In this document: positions 24,601 through 37,900 of the stretch, piece after piece
Layout of the letters: every line of letters starts with the position of its first letter
Numbering within the stretch: the stretch's first letter is position 1
Source of the DNA: Marsupella aquatica
Taxonomy: Eukaryota > Plantae > Marchantiophyta
Assembly (NCBI GenBank): GCA_973895155.1
Contig: OZ316897.1
Location: 4,496,211-4,560,210 of the forward strand
DNA length: 64,000 nt
Reading direction: 5' to 3'
Position numbers and translations under genes: made by a program
The notes under the pieces: model-generated
Told to the model about the DNA's origin: nothing
Seen by the model: only the letters and a program-made list of their open reading frames with translations
The model's database searches: none

Positions 24601-25444
24601 ATCAGGACCACTACCAGGTCTCATACACGACTCTGGCACCCAACATCATTCTTCGTGCGAGTAAAGAATCATCCTATCGTTGTAGGGTGATCGGGGAGAC
24701 AACGGTGGGACCTGAATGAGTCCTCAACCACACATTTTTAGAACTAATAATTGGGACACGGTGGTCAGCTTATGTCACTATAGAGCCGCAGGTGACCACT
24801 TCAATCCCTAACCAAGCAATTTCAGACAATAATAATAATACAATTATGGTGGGCCATATGCTCTGCACGTTAGCTTAGTTCATTCCCAACCGATAATCTG
24901 AGACTTCTATCCACCTTGTCTGCTTTGCACCGTTTACTGAGTATTATATATATATTTTTTAATAATAAAGCTAAATTCTGACATTAAAAATAAGAAGCAA
25001 ACATTTTCCGAGGAAGAGAAAACAGTAGTCCTCCTTTTTCCGCGTTCAGGACAAAAGAAATCTCATGCAGCGCCACGTATCCGGCTGGACATTTGTGAGT
25101 ACGCGAGTCTTTTAGAGTCCACTGTGGCACATATGACTCCAAATGGTTTGGGACGTCGAAGACAAAAACAGAACAAAAGCGTGTGGCGTTTTTCGAAAGG
25201 TAACGGAACAAATTATTTATACAAAACAATTGAAACCATGTGACTTCTCCATAATTATGTAAAAAGTCTCCACTACCAACTAAGTGCATGAGAAATCTCT
25301 TATGGAGTGCCCCATATGTGTTGGCAGGTTGTGGCGGACAATTACAAAGAGTAGTTTCATATACTTGTCCAATCAAGTCGTACAGTACAAGGACTTGGGC
25401 TATGAGTGTTAGCTAACAACACCTATGGGGATTGAGTGTATGTG

Positions 25445-26022
25445 TTTTTTCATGCACTTATCATGTGGTACAGTTGGCTCTCTCTAAGCGCAAATTGTTT
25501 TAAGCACAAAAACTGGTTTAGTGCAAGGCATCCTGTTCTTCCATTTTATTTTAGAGAGAGTTTGCACTTTCTACCTTTTCTACGCGCAAACAGACCTGGC
25601 ATTGTCTCACTAAATGTCAACTTTAGAAGTGAAAAACCCTTGATAAGTGCACTGTGTACTCCACTAAGAAAGCACATGCACTTATCAGTAAGCATACAAT
25701 CCCATCAGAGTTCATTTTCTGATAAGGGCACACCCTTTCCTAGTAGAGTGAGAAGTGCACTTATGCAGTTGGACACCCAACTTAGGGGCAGAGGTGTACA
25801 ATTTGTTGTCACGAGTCATCAGACTGCTCATTGACAGAGGGGCCGCATTGATAAGTGCAGATTCAGGGGGTTTGCACTTATCATAGAATGCATAAACTGG
25901 TTTAGTGCAAACTGGATCTATCTTCCCAAGAGTGTGCACTTAGAGAGACAACTGTAGTTCAGACCATGCACATATGAAAAGGTGCATGCATGTTTTGCAT
26001 GCACTTATAACATACTGTAGTG
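25445..26022. repeat. Degenerate element with repeated gcacttatca/tgataagtgc motifs in both orientations, ending in ...tgtagtg (possible CACTA end)
   Basis: Multiple direct and inverted motif copies; aactggtttagtgcaa occurs twice; the right end reads CACTACAG on the minus strand. No matching left end was found. Confidence 0.35.
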
Positions 26023-26855
26023 TTGGGGTACATAGCACCACTATGTTGAGTTTTGAGGTGGATTGTAAACAGCTTAACTACCAATACAAATTCAAACCAA
26101 ATGAGCAATTGCATTCAAATTTCTTTGTGTGGTAGCATCATATCATATCTACACCATCTTTACCTCTGAACCCTTCCAATTTCATTCCCAATTCACAATC
26201 TGATTGGCTAGAACGTTTCCTCTAAATTTTTTGCAGAATGCAATCTGGTGTCACCCAGCACGAGGGTGATGCACACCATGGATAATTGTAGGCTCCGAGC
26301 ATCTTCCCAGGAGCCTTGGACACGGTAGGCTTTATCATTAAACACTATGTGTCTTCGGCAATGGGATGGATGTTGGGGGCAATCTTTTTGTGGCAAGAAA
26401 TTTACCAGATGTCACCTCTCTGAAAGTCTTCACCAGTTTTGACAAACATTGGCTGTTTTTCCTCCAAAAGTTTCTAGCATCTGACGGTTACTCTTAAATC
26501 CAAGGGGACCTGACTGTCAGAGTCAATCTAAGAAAACATTCTCGCCTCTTCTCCATCACTCAAGGTGACATTCGTCGCCCTGGCGAAACTGAAACACCTT
26601 ATAATGTATTTTATAATGTCCGCTGGTGCATACATGATTGGTGCATAATAAATGATTGGATAAGTCCAGGCTCCGGAATTAAGTCTTCTTCTGAAACAGT
26701 AGACTGTACGGGTAATCTGCAAGTGTGTTGTTGGAACTTGGAAAGTTAGAACCGTACAGGTCTACAAGAGCAGTAATTTTTCTTTATCTTGAACGAAAAT
26801 ACTTTACTTATACGTCAAGTAAAACACAATAAATCAGGGAGTAAACAGACCAGCC

Positions 26856-27120
26856 CAGCATTTTTTTTAGAGGCGAAAATTCGCACCTCCCCATAAATCT
26901 TTCGTCACCTTGGGCTAAAATTAGTTACTAATTTCTCTCTCTCATTAGCCAATGTTCCACCTAATAGTGCCATTAGCTAGAATCTAAAGGTTAGCCTTAA
27001 ATCCAGGGAGATCTGACTATCAGGAAATTAATTGAATTGGGAATATTTTGAGCATCTTCTCTCTCACACACCCTACATTAGCCACTCTTGCCAAAAGTAA
27101 AATCCTTAAAAAATAGGCTG
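26856..27120 (+). mobile_element. hAT-type MITE, copy 2
   Basis: cagcattttt...aaaataggctg termini; 8-bp TSD gaccagcc/gaccagac (7/8). Confidence 0.75.
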
Positions 27121-29871
27121 GACCAGACCTCAAACATATCACACACCTCACCCCACACAAGGACTAAACACAGTCAAGTGGGCAGGCTAAAAAGGGCAAA
27201 ACAATGAAAAGACAACAACCCAACCAAGACAAAAAGACCAGCAGAAATGAGGGCCAAACTCGAACCGAAGTACAGGGGGAGAGACTTGGGGCACTGTTTC
27301 GTTTTGACGCGTGGATCATGTCAGGAGAAAAGCTGGTTATCAAAATTAATATCATCGCCATGCTTCACACGGTGGACGGTTCCTCTTCGCCCAGCGCCTT
27401 CGCCCAATGGCGCAATCCCGGGGCGGCCCGCCCTTCCGACCGCCCCTGACGTGCGTTTTTTCTTACACACTGTACTACTGCAGACAGTGTACACCGATGT
27501 AGAATGGGATGCTGTCTTACTCGGGGGATAATTCGAGTCACAAGAGTAATACTGTAGAGACTGTACAGTGTATACACCGTCGGGATTCTGTCTTACACGC
27601 GAGAGAATCCGGTGTCACAAGTGTAGTGTATACAGTAGTGTACAGCACAAAACACAAGCAGACAAGCACCAAAACACAAGCAGCAAAGTTCGTGTCCGCA
27701 GCAGTATTCCTGCCAGAGCAACGTCCTCCCCGATCGAGCTAGCTTTGGCGGAACCCGAGCTTCACATTGGGGATGGAGGTGCAGCCATGCAAGATTTAAC
27801 CTGAAGGGCAACTTGACTCCCCTGAGTTTCCCCCTGATTCCCCTTGGACTCCCCCGGTCTAGCCAGCCGGTTTCCTGTTTGGGGTCACAGCCAGGCGGGG
27901 TTGGGGTCAGGATAGGGGCCGGGTCGGGTGGGTGGTGGGACCAGGCAAGGTCGGGGCTGGGCTGGGTCCAAAATGGCCAGGCCAGGGTTCGGGTGGGGGC
28001 TGGGTCGGGGATAGGGCCAGCCGGGTGGGTGGGGGACTGGGCGGCCGGATGATGGTTTGACAGGGTCAGGACCCCGCTATGTCCGTCAAGGCCAAACGGG
28101 GCAGCCATGAGGTCAGAGCCAAGCTTGCAGCAGCCTCCAAGCTCTGGCTATGGCACTGCAAGTGCTGCAGGGGAGAGACACAGTGGCGAGCAAAGGGGGA
28201 GCCAAGAGACTCAGGGCCGTCTTGCATGTCTTTGGTCCTTTGCACATCGGCCCTAAAATGAACTCGTGTCATGAGTTGAGGCAGCGAGAGGGCGCGGCAG
28301 TCCTGATGGCTTCTTTTGTGGAGATACAAGGGCAAGGGCCGGAAAATTTCCAGCCCTTGAGGTCCCGAACCTTTAAAATGTAATGAAACAAAACATTTAG
28401 TTTTAACTTTTCCCCGACATCTGTGGCTTGGTAAGGGCCGCAGTTTTCAGGACTCTTGCACATGCAAGACAATCCTCAGTCTGTCCTGGGTAGACTGATG
28501 AGTCTCAGGAAGGGTTAGGGGTCCCTTATACACCACAACTCCTTTATATACTCTGAGTTGTGGTTTACTGCTTTTTGTTTTTTTCCTCTGTGGCCAATGT
28601 CACCTTGCATGAGGGAGAATATACATTTGTAATATTTCTAGATTAATTTTTTACCCTAAAATCTTCATAGATTTGAGAATATAATGGGTCCTGCCTAGGT
28701 GGGAAACTGGCTAAGACAACAAATGTACTATAACCATTTTTTGGCAAAACCGAGGAAGACTCTTTACATACATAGAATCTAGCAAACTTTGCGTGAAGGC
28801 GAGGAAGCTGAGAATTGTTGTATATCTAAATTTTCTACATTGATTTTGACTGTAACATCTCCTCAGATTTCAGGATGACTGTTAGACTCTACCTAATTGC
28901 TTGATAGGTGGCTGCATTTGATGGAGATTCCAGACATCGTCCTTGCCGTCTTCAATCTTCAAGCGAATAATTAAAGCCAATTGCTGTCCAAGGCCAAAAT
29001 TCTAACTCCCAAAATCAATGGAATGGAAAAACAAGGGGTAAATTTTGGGTTATGGGGAGAAGGTTAGATTCCACACCCCAGCCAGGACCTGAAAAACTGT
29101 ATCTGAAAAAATTATATTAAATTCACAATTTTATTGTGACTGTGGGGACATAACTGAATTCCCCACAGACTATGAAGTCCGCACTGTGACTACTATAAAG
29201 TCCCCACAGACTACTTCAAAATCCCCATGGTTTACTGTGAATGTAGGGACATAGTTGAAATTAGAGGTGTGAGTGGAAACCGGGTTGGGGCAGGTCACAA
29301 TGGCCGGGCCAATGGCAAAGCAGACTTGAATAGGAAGTCTCAAAGCTTCACAATTATTCATAGTTACTGATGATGGCTTTTTGCCACAAACAAAAGGCCA
29401 TGGCTTTTTCTCAGATTTATGTGAAAATGTTTTTTTCACTTGCCTCTAGTGTGACTTTTTAATGGCATATGACCAGTCTTTATGGCAAAAAGTTATGGAT
29501 CATGAATCCATTGTTTTCTCTGCCCATAACCTTAGTTACTAAGTTCAGGTCCATCATGAGATTTCAATCCCCCTAATAATCAAGTCCTGGTAATTGTACA
29601 TCAAAATGGGACAACATCTGGTGATACACTATGTCACTCCATATCATGATAAACCCAATTATAGTTCTTAAATCACCCATTGTGAATTTAAATATATATC
29701 TGGCCATTGTTTTTTGATGTGCAATTACCCGGTCATCTAATATCTACCCACCTCCTTTTAGTTCAAAGAACTGGCACTCAGGTTAGTAACGTGGGCACTA
29801 AGGCTACTATGTTGTAGATTTCCAATTCTAAGGCAGAAATAGAAGGGTCAAATCACCAAGTTGGAACCAAC

Positions 29872-30088
29872 TGGCTTCATGGGGGATGAGCCTAGAATGG
29901 AGAGGTCCTAGGTTCAATCCCGCATCCACATGCAAGGCTTGTGGAGAGCGAGTGTGTGTGTGGGTGGGGTGTAGTGGTGAGAGTACTGGTTTCTCCTCAT
30001 CCCTAGTTGGTCATTTTGGGGTTCTGGTCCAACCTTCTCTCACTCCTGGGCCCCTTGTATGACCTCCCATGTGGGCTACCCTACAAAT
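29872..30088 (+). mobile_element. Possible tRNA-derived SINE remnant
   Basis: A-box-like tggcttcatgg followed ~40 bp later by B-box ggttcaatccc; no cloverleaf and no clear tail or TSD. Confidence 0.3.
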
Positions 30089-30134
30089 GCATGCTCCCTA
30101 GTTGAAGGTCTATCCTCTCTTGTATGGCATGCTC

Positions 30135-30423
30135 CAGCTTATTTTTAATTTTTTTAAAAATTTCTAGCCAGTGTGGCAAAAGTAGGCAGCTCTAATAGAA
30201 GAGATGCTAGGAATATTCTTTGTCAAATTTTCAGGATTGCATCCTGACCATCAGATATCCCTAAATATACGGATGATGGTTAGATTTTGGCGAATGGGGT
30301 CCATGATTAGATGGGAAAGTGGCTAATGGCATACAGAAAATGTAACCAATGTTAACCAAAAGTGGCTACCACTTTTGGGGGAGGGTGAAATTTGGCTAAA
30401 TCTTGCATCTAAAGAATTAGCTG
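30135..30423 (-). mobile_element. hAT-type MITE, copy 3 (inverted)
   Basis: cagcttattttt...aagaattagctg termini; perfect 8-bp TSD GCATGCTC (30127-30134 and 30424-30431); inserted in the second unit of a 38-bp tandem duplication. Confidence 0.8.
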
Positions 30424-30586
30424 GCATGCTCCCTAGTTGAAGGTCTATCCTCTCTTGGATGGGTCACTTTTGGCTTGCAAGGGCAAGAAAATTCACCAAG
30501 TTGGTACAAGAAACACAGTACAATTCAAGCGGAGAAAAAGGTTGGCCCGCACCAGAATGAGGAGTGTTTGTCTTGAGTGTGGGACC

Positions 30587-30877
30587 TAGTATTTTTTAAG
30601 TGCCAAATTCCACCTCCCCAAAAAGGTTCGCCAACTTTTGGCTAATATTCACTAAATTTTATTAACACTATTAGCCACTTTTTCACCAAATCATGAACCC
30701 CAATTGTCAGAATCTACCGATCCTCCTTAATCTAAGGATATCTGGCGGTCACGATTTAATTCAGGACATTCTGATAGAGAATAATCCTAGAATCTACTCC
30801 CTCATAGAGTTAGAGAAGCTATTCAGCCAACATTCGCCACACTGGCTAAATAATAAAAAATCTTTAAAAATACGCTG
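30587..30877 (+). mobile_element. hAT-type MITE, copy 4
   Basis: tagtattttt...aaaaatacgctg termini; gtgtggga on both flanks (offset by 2 bp on the left); body alignable with the other copies. Confidence 0.65.
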
Positions 30878-31958
30878 GTGTGGGATGGACTGTAGACCAT
30901 TTTTAGGGGCAACTTACAAACAGTAGTTTGTAAGCAAAGCGAATCCGTCACCGCATTCTTCGTTGCTTTTGATGATGATGATACAGTCATTTTACCCGAG
31001 TTGTGTGGGTGTGGCAGCGGACGGGGGAGCGCGGAATTGAGACGGGTTCACCTGCTTTTAGAATTTTCTTCGTAGACTTGCATCGGCTGCGGTCTACTGC
31101 GACTGTAGAGGAGAGAGATGGAGGTCGGAAGAGAAGGGAGAGAAGGGAGGAGGAGGAGGAGGAAGGCGGGGGAGGCCGAACTGTCTACGGGCGTCAAAGG
31201 ACTTCAGGGTGTATGGGGAAACAGTCAGCAGCTAATTTTGTAGCTGCTGTGGCTGTGGTCATGCTGTCCCTTTTCGCTCTCAGCCTGGTGATGAGAGCTT
31301 CGGCGGGCTGATTGTGAGTGCACCAAACTCGGACAGAGGGATCTGGAGCTCTGCACGAAGAAATTGTGACCATTCGGCCTTTTCATTTCGACAGAGATGA
31401 AGATTTGGGGGGTCGGTAGACTTCGTGGCCATGGGTATGAGCGTTTTCTGCGTGGGAAGATGGGTGTGTGGGCAGCTGGGGGGCTAAGCAGCTGGATTTG
31501 AGGACATGCAGGAAAGGCTGAGCAGGCGGACGAGGAAGGAACGAGGAGGAGGAAGAGGAGGAGGACGAGGAAGTTGGGAGCGAATTGGAAAGCGTTGACC
31601 TGTGGATGAGGCGGGGGTTTACTCTTACACTCTTACGAGAGTTGAGAAGGAAGGAAGATTGTCGAGATTTGGACTTTTGGTACAACGGATGGAAGAGAAG
31701 AGGAGCTTGTTGCCCCCAGCATCTGTCTCATGGCTCCAGTGGTGAAGTATTCTCGGTGGAAGTAGCTAGACTGGCCGAGGTCGGATGCGCTGGCTCGATG
31801 TTTAAAATTTGATCGCTATCACGTGTAGCACTAATTCACGCTAACTAGTGGAAATGAATTGCCCCCGGGCCAGCTGTGTTTGGAGACCGATCTAGTGTTG
31901 CAATCGGGTGGAGGTAGGCGATGGTCTTGATCAGTAGCAAGAGTCTGAGGACGACTGC

Positions 31959-34900
31959 ATGGTGAAGCACTCCCTACGATCGAGGACAGCAGGGATGTCA
32001 GCACGGTGTCTCGATTGCTGGTGGTGGCGGTTCACAGGTTTGCATGTATGGAAACAGGCGAATCACGTTATGCCGTCATGGAAGCGTATAAAGAGGAACC
32101 CAAGAAAGGCCCTGGCCTTGCAGATAGGATGCACTTTGCTAGGATTGATGACTGCTGTCGCGATCGGCCTGATTCTCTACTACAATGCGCTTGAGTCGCA
32201 GCGGCAACAATTTAGGCTGAAGTGCAGCAACCGGCAGGAGGTAGTGTTTCATGCTCTTCCTCTACATTTCTTCCATGGATGCGATCTTCATTTCTCCAAG
32301 TCTCCTGAACATGCTGTCAGTGCCCGCTCTGTTGTTTTCGGAAAACGTTGTTTATGTTTGGTCGCATGGTCCAATTTAATCTTAGTGGACTCGAATTCCA
32401 TCCACCCACCCACCCATCTATCCCCGCGGCCTCTGATCCTTCTGGACGTTAGATTCTGGTGTTTCTCCCTCTTTTCTACTCCTTTTGCTGTCCAGAGCGT
32501 CTGAGGGATGAGTTTCCTGAACAGGAAGGCTCTGGACACTGCTCGTCCGAGGCTGGAGTGGGTCGTTGTGCATTCGAAGATTTCTTTTCGTTGTTGTCTG
32601 TTTTTTGCTTCTTTGAGCTACAGGACTTGAAATTCCTTCATTTTCGGTTCTATTCTGATTCTTCTTACTGCGAAGATCTATTCTCCTCTAGGCTGCTTCA
32701 GGATACGAAATGCGCCAGATCTTTGAGTAGTAGCATCGTATCTTTGCATTCTTATATGTTGTGCTGGCACTACTGTCTATGGTCGGGAAGAACCTCAGGA
32801 CTGGAATGAAAATCATGAAGTCCGGGTTTTGGTCTACCTTGTTGTCTTTCTAATCAGTACCCCGTGTATGTCTTATAGTTTTTTGCCAATCCACATTTTA
32901 GGACGTTAGAGTCGACACTCTGCACGCCGGACACGCATCTAACTCTTATCGCTCTTCGGCGTCCTAGATCACTGTTTCTCGACTGACGTGTGAGGCAGGT
33001 CAGCTTAAAAACTAGGTTAAGAGCGAGTAAGGTCGGATCAACATCTACCAGCCACCAGCTTGTGTGAGGATGACAACGTTTCTTTACCAGAGTCTGGCCA
33101 AGAGTCTGTCGTCATTCGTTTGAGGCTGTTTGTGAATAACCTAAGGGATGATACCTCAATCTAATATTGGACTATGCAAATTCACGCACCTTGGGATGAG
33201 TGTTGTTCTTTCAGTGGGATGTGCCTTGATTTTCTCTGACGACCTGTATCTAGATGTGGTGTTCCACAGTATCTCAAATGGACCTTTTTTACCTGGCAGA
33301 TTCTGAAGGCTGAGGTCGTCAACAATCTCAACACTTCGTATATGGTACAGGGTTTGCTCTCCAGTGACGAAAATGTGACTGAAAGCAAATGGCTTGATTT
33401 CACCAATGTCACAGATTTTCTACGACCCATGACTCCCAGGGTGTCTTATCTCGAACGGGTCACGAGGCAGGGCAGAGCTGCTTTTGAGAAAAAACATAAT
33501 CATTCAATTCTGCATATGAATGCGGATTACGTTAAATGGGTTGCTTCGAACGAATCAGAGTATGCACCCATAATTTATGGATCAGAACCGCTGTTATCTT
33601 TTATAATGGTCGATCTCATGATTCTCCCAGTGATCAATAGATCCCTGCAAATATCCAGAGACACGAATACTCTGGCAATGTCAGCACCAGATCGGTACAA
33701 AAACGGCGTGTGGAGGGTAGGGACTTACGTGCCCTATTTCGGGGGTCACGATTTGTCTCAGGCTACACCTGAATTGAGAACCAAAGAGTGTATAGGGTGG
33801 TTTGGTGTATCCTTGGAGGTGGAAACGGTTTTTGATACAGTGCTGTCAAGGTATAAGGATGACGTGAACATGGATGCAGCTGTGGTTTATGTCCCAGTAG
33901 ACCCGAGGGACGCCCTATCAACATACAATTGTACAAATTCGAGTTACTGTGAGTTAGTTGTGTATGACCCGCGATCAAGGGCACACGAAAGGAGCACAGC
34001 TACAGTCCCCTGGGACTACGCATTCCAGCGGTTTGAACTGAGATGCTACGCGGCTCGAAGTGTAAAGATGTACGCTGTGAGGAATGTGATAGCCTGGCCT
34101 ATACTGATGATCGTCGTGGTGCTCCTCTGTTCCGTCATTGTGTACTTGGCGATGAAGAAAATGCAAGCAATTGAGAAGAACGTAAGTGAAGTAGAGAAGA
34201 TCAATTCGGATTTACGAGCTGCAAAGGTGGTTGCCGAATCTGCTGACAAAGCGAAGTCGAGGTTTCTTGCAACTGTCTCTCATGAAATCAGGTAGGATTG
34301 GGATTTCTTTGTGGCAGGAGATCGGGCTGGGGAGCATTTGTAATCAAGAACCTTGCGGAAGATACTGGTTGGGTTGTGTTAATGAGTTGAAGAAGAACAG
34401 CGAAAGCCACTGATGTTGTCCACTGGTTGTCAAGTCACTCTTATATTTTGGGGCCTTACCATTAACTCATAGTTTTGGGGAGTTTAGAAGGTGGCTTATC
34501 TTGTGGGTCGGTCTAATATTTGGCATTCACAACGGAGATTAGGCTCATTCCCTGGCATCTTCTGTTTTCATGGATAAGGTTTAACATGTTTATCAGGACC
34601 CATCCTCGTTTGATTTTTGTATCTAATATGCTTTGTTTGTGCTGTGCAGGACACCTATGAATGGAGTAATAGGTTTGCACTGCAAATTCCTCTCTTCGTT
34701 TTGTTTTGTATGTAAGGGTGTTTGTGTTTCTGAGATGCATGCCAGTAGATTAGTAGTGTTTTGACCTGAAGATTAATGAATATTGGAATTTGAAGACGAT
34801 ATTCTCCTGCCTATTTGTGTTTACTCCTTTGTGTGGGATACATTGTGCCCAAGGGATGACAAATCTGCTGATGGGGACTGACTTAACTCCTCAACAACAT

Positions 34901-37900
34901 GAGTATGTAAAGATAGCGCAAGCAAGTGGCAATGCCCTAGTGTGAGTGCCATCCACACACATCCCTCTTTTGGAACCAATTTGGCGCTGGAGGATAGGTC
35001 CCGGGAGTAAAGCTTTGATCCTTTGCTTGTGGAAATGTCCGACCTCTTGGTCTAATCTGAATTTTCTTTTGCAGTAACCTTATCAACGAGGTGCTAGACC
35101 TTTCCAAAATTGAGGCAGGCCGGATGGAGCTCGAGTCAGTTCCCTTTGATCTTCGCATGGAGCTGGATGATGTGCTATGCTTGTTTGAAGATAAAGTGCA
35201 CCAAAAGCAAATTGAAGTTTGTGCTCTGGTTCACGATACGGTACCTGGTATCGTGGCTGGAGATCCCGGAAGACTCCGGCAGGTGTGACTAAGCGCTCTT
35301 AAAATTGTCTGTATTTGAACTTTGACGGGTTTCGTGATGGTTGCTCTAGTTCTACAGACTGGTGGTGGAGTCAATTGTAAGGGCATATTTACTTTCCTCG
35401 CGAAGACATTGCTTAAATTCGTTTACAGGAATAGCAGAAATGTTATTCCCTGTCATCTGGGTCTAGAGTTTCTCCAATTTCTCTTTAACTCCCTGATAAC
35501 CTTGTGGTTTTACAGGTTTTGATCAACCTTGTTGGAAATTCAATGAAGGTACGTGCCTTGTGCTATCGGGCCAACATTTTGATTTTCATCCTGCCTTTTC
35601 CCCAGCGTTTGGTTGGTTAATGTCGTTGGGAAATGATTTCCGCTCGGCATGTAATTGTTGGCCAACTTCTGGGGCCCCGTGATTAGTTCCACCAGCTGCA
35701 AAGGCTATGTCATATCCTTCACACAAGGGGATGAGACGGTGGAGAAGAAGTGCCCGTAGTCACATCTGCGATTCTTTCTGTTCAGAGCCTCTCAATTATG
35801 GATGTTCTGGCATAACCTTTCGAAGTTCTGAATCTTATTTCCCTGGGCATTGGTTTGTCTGACTTGCAGTTCACGAAGCAGGGCAGTGTTCTTGTCTGTG
35901 TACGCTGTGTTCCATATGACGGAGAACTTCAGGGTAATGAGGCATTTTCTAATGTATCAGGTCGCAAAGAGTCTAACAAGGATGCAGGGCATAGGTCCGG
36001 ACGGCTAGATAAGATTGTGGAAAATCGAGACTTCTATTCAGGTGCATTTAGTAAGAGATCCCAAGTAAGTCAAGAGAATGGGTTCTGGAGCCCAGAAGAT
36101 GAGAAAGGATCACAGAAAGAGGTGGATTCCATTGCTCCCAGGTTGAGCATGCAGCCGGGGACCCTGAGCAATGATGAAGCAGTAGAGAAATGGAGAAGCT
36201 GGAGACCCGTGTCATCTTTATCGAATGGGTGTGCTTTGGGAGATGGACATGGGAGTTTAAAGCTGGTCGTTTCCGTGGAGGACACGGGTGAGACTTCTGC
36301 AAAACTAATGTACAAAGTGACACTCGTATTGTTTAGGGATGAGATGATTGTTGCCGTCGCCTTGGTGGATGGAGTACGAATGGAAAATATCACTATATAC
36401 ATATAAAATCTAAAAACGTATCCCTTTGTACCTTTGGCAGGCATTGGTATTCCTACCCATCTTCAGCATCGTTTGTTCCAGCCATTTCTACAAGCAGATA
36501 GCAGTACGTCGAGAGAGTTCGGTGGTACTGGCATTGGCTTGTCTATTTCAAAGGTCCGATTCTGCTCTTGACTTAGTGGTAAATACATATTTACTTTTAT
36601 GGCTGAATAATGTGGCTGAATAATGTGCAACAGAGAATGTTCACTCTGAAGAGTCGAAGTCGTGATTTTGAAGGTTTTGATTATCTTGGCTGGAAACAGA
36701 TTCCTTTCCATGAACTCCTCTCGTCATTGTTCAGAAGGATTACTGCTATTCTTTGTCCTATCAATGTACTGCTTGTCGTTTTACTGCTAATGTAGGAAGT
36801 GCTTACTTTCTGTATGACACTCTTGCAGAAACTGGTGGAGTTGATGAAAGGAAGGCTGGCCGTAAGTAGTGCACCAGGAAAAGGCAGCATATTTGAATTT
36901 ACCTTGAAGGTCGGGATGGGAGGCGAGACGCCAGATAATTCACCAGAGCTGAAGCCTGAGTTGGCAGAGTTCGGGATAGAAAAATTGGATGGAGCTAAGA
37001 TCCTCATTGTTGACTGGCACCCTGTTCGACAGGTAACTCATGGTTCATTGAAACAGCATTTCGAGTCCGTGAAGTGGTAGATAGCCACAAGTATTCATCA
37101 AGAGGAATTTGATATGTAAATAGTATCCAGTGATATAATCTCGAATTGTGCAACGGCACCTATTTCAAGCATATAACGAGAAAATTTTGGGTCGTTGAAT
37201 ATTTTTGGAACATGTGCACAGGAAGTGGCTGCGAGCTATCTGCGAAGGCTTGGTGTTATTGTCGAGTTTGCCAAAGACGCGCAATCAGCTCTAAAGAAAC
37301 TATTAGAGTAAGTCCGTCTTTGAATGTTGTATGGCGAATAGGTCTTTGTCTGCATTTCTTCCCCATTGGTAAGTATTGATTTCATCTACTACGTATATTT
37401 TGAGAAAAATTTCCAGTTCGGCGCATGGCTGCTTATGACCTGAACCTCTTTGCATTTTTCAAAATAGCTTCAGACCTACAGAATCTTTAATCTACTGGAG
37501 AAATTGAAAACGAAGAGAGGAAATCCGATAGAGAGAAAATGTATCCGCTATTGTGTTTTTCCATGGACGTTTTGAAGCTTTGATTGTTGTCTTGTCCTAT
37601 ATTATTTTTGTAGAGACCACCTGTTTGGTTGGTTGAGTGGTCATGTGGGCCTCTAGGAGCATCTCTTTGGAGTATATCAATCGTATCACCAGAACGTGCA
37701 TTGTATCCTTTTTTAACAGGGTCTCCATTGCTGTTATCTGCAGAAAGGATATGAAGATCCCATTCTCTGGAGGTGTGGTAGACCTTCAAGCAATGGAATT
37801 TGACCCGTCTATACAACTTATCAAAAGTGTTAGGAAAGAGCTTCCAAGGCTGCCTGTGTTAGCTATTTCCTGTCCACTGAGCATTGAGGCAAAGAAGGAG

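Noticed and set aside
27593-28108. 171-aa Pro-rich ORF
   Set aside because: It is a by-product of the G/C-run tract, with no splice or domain support.
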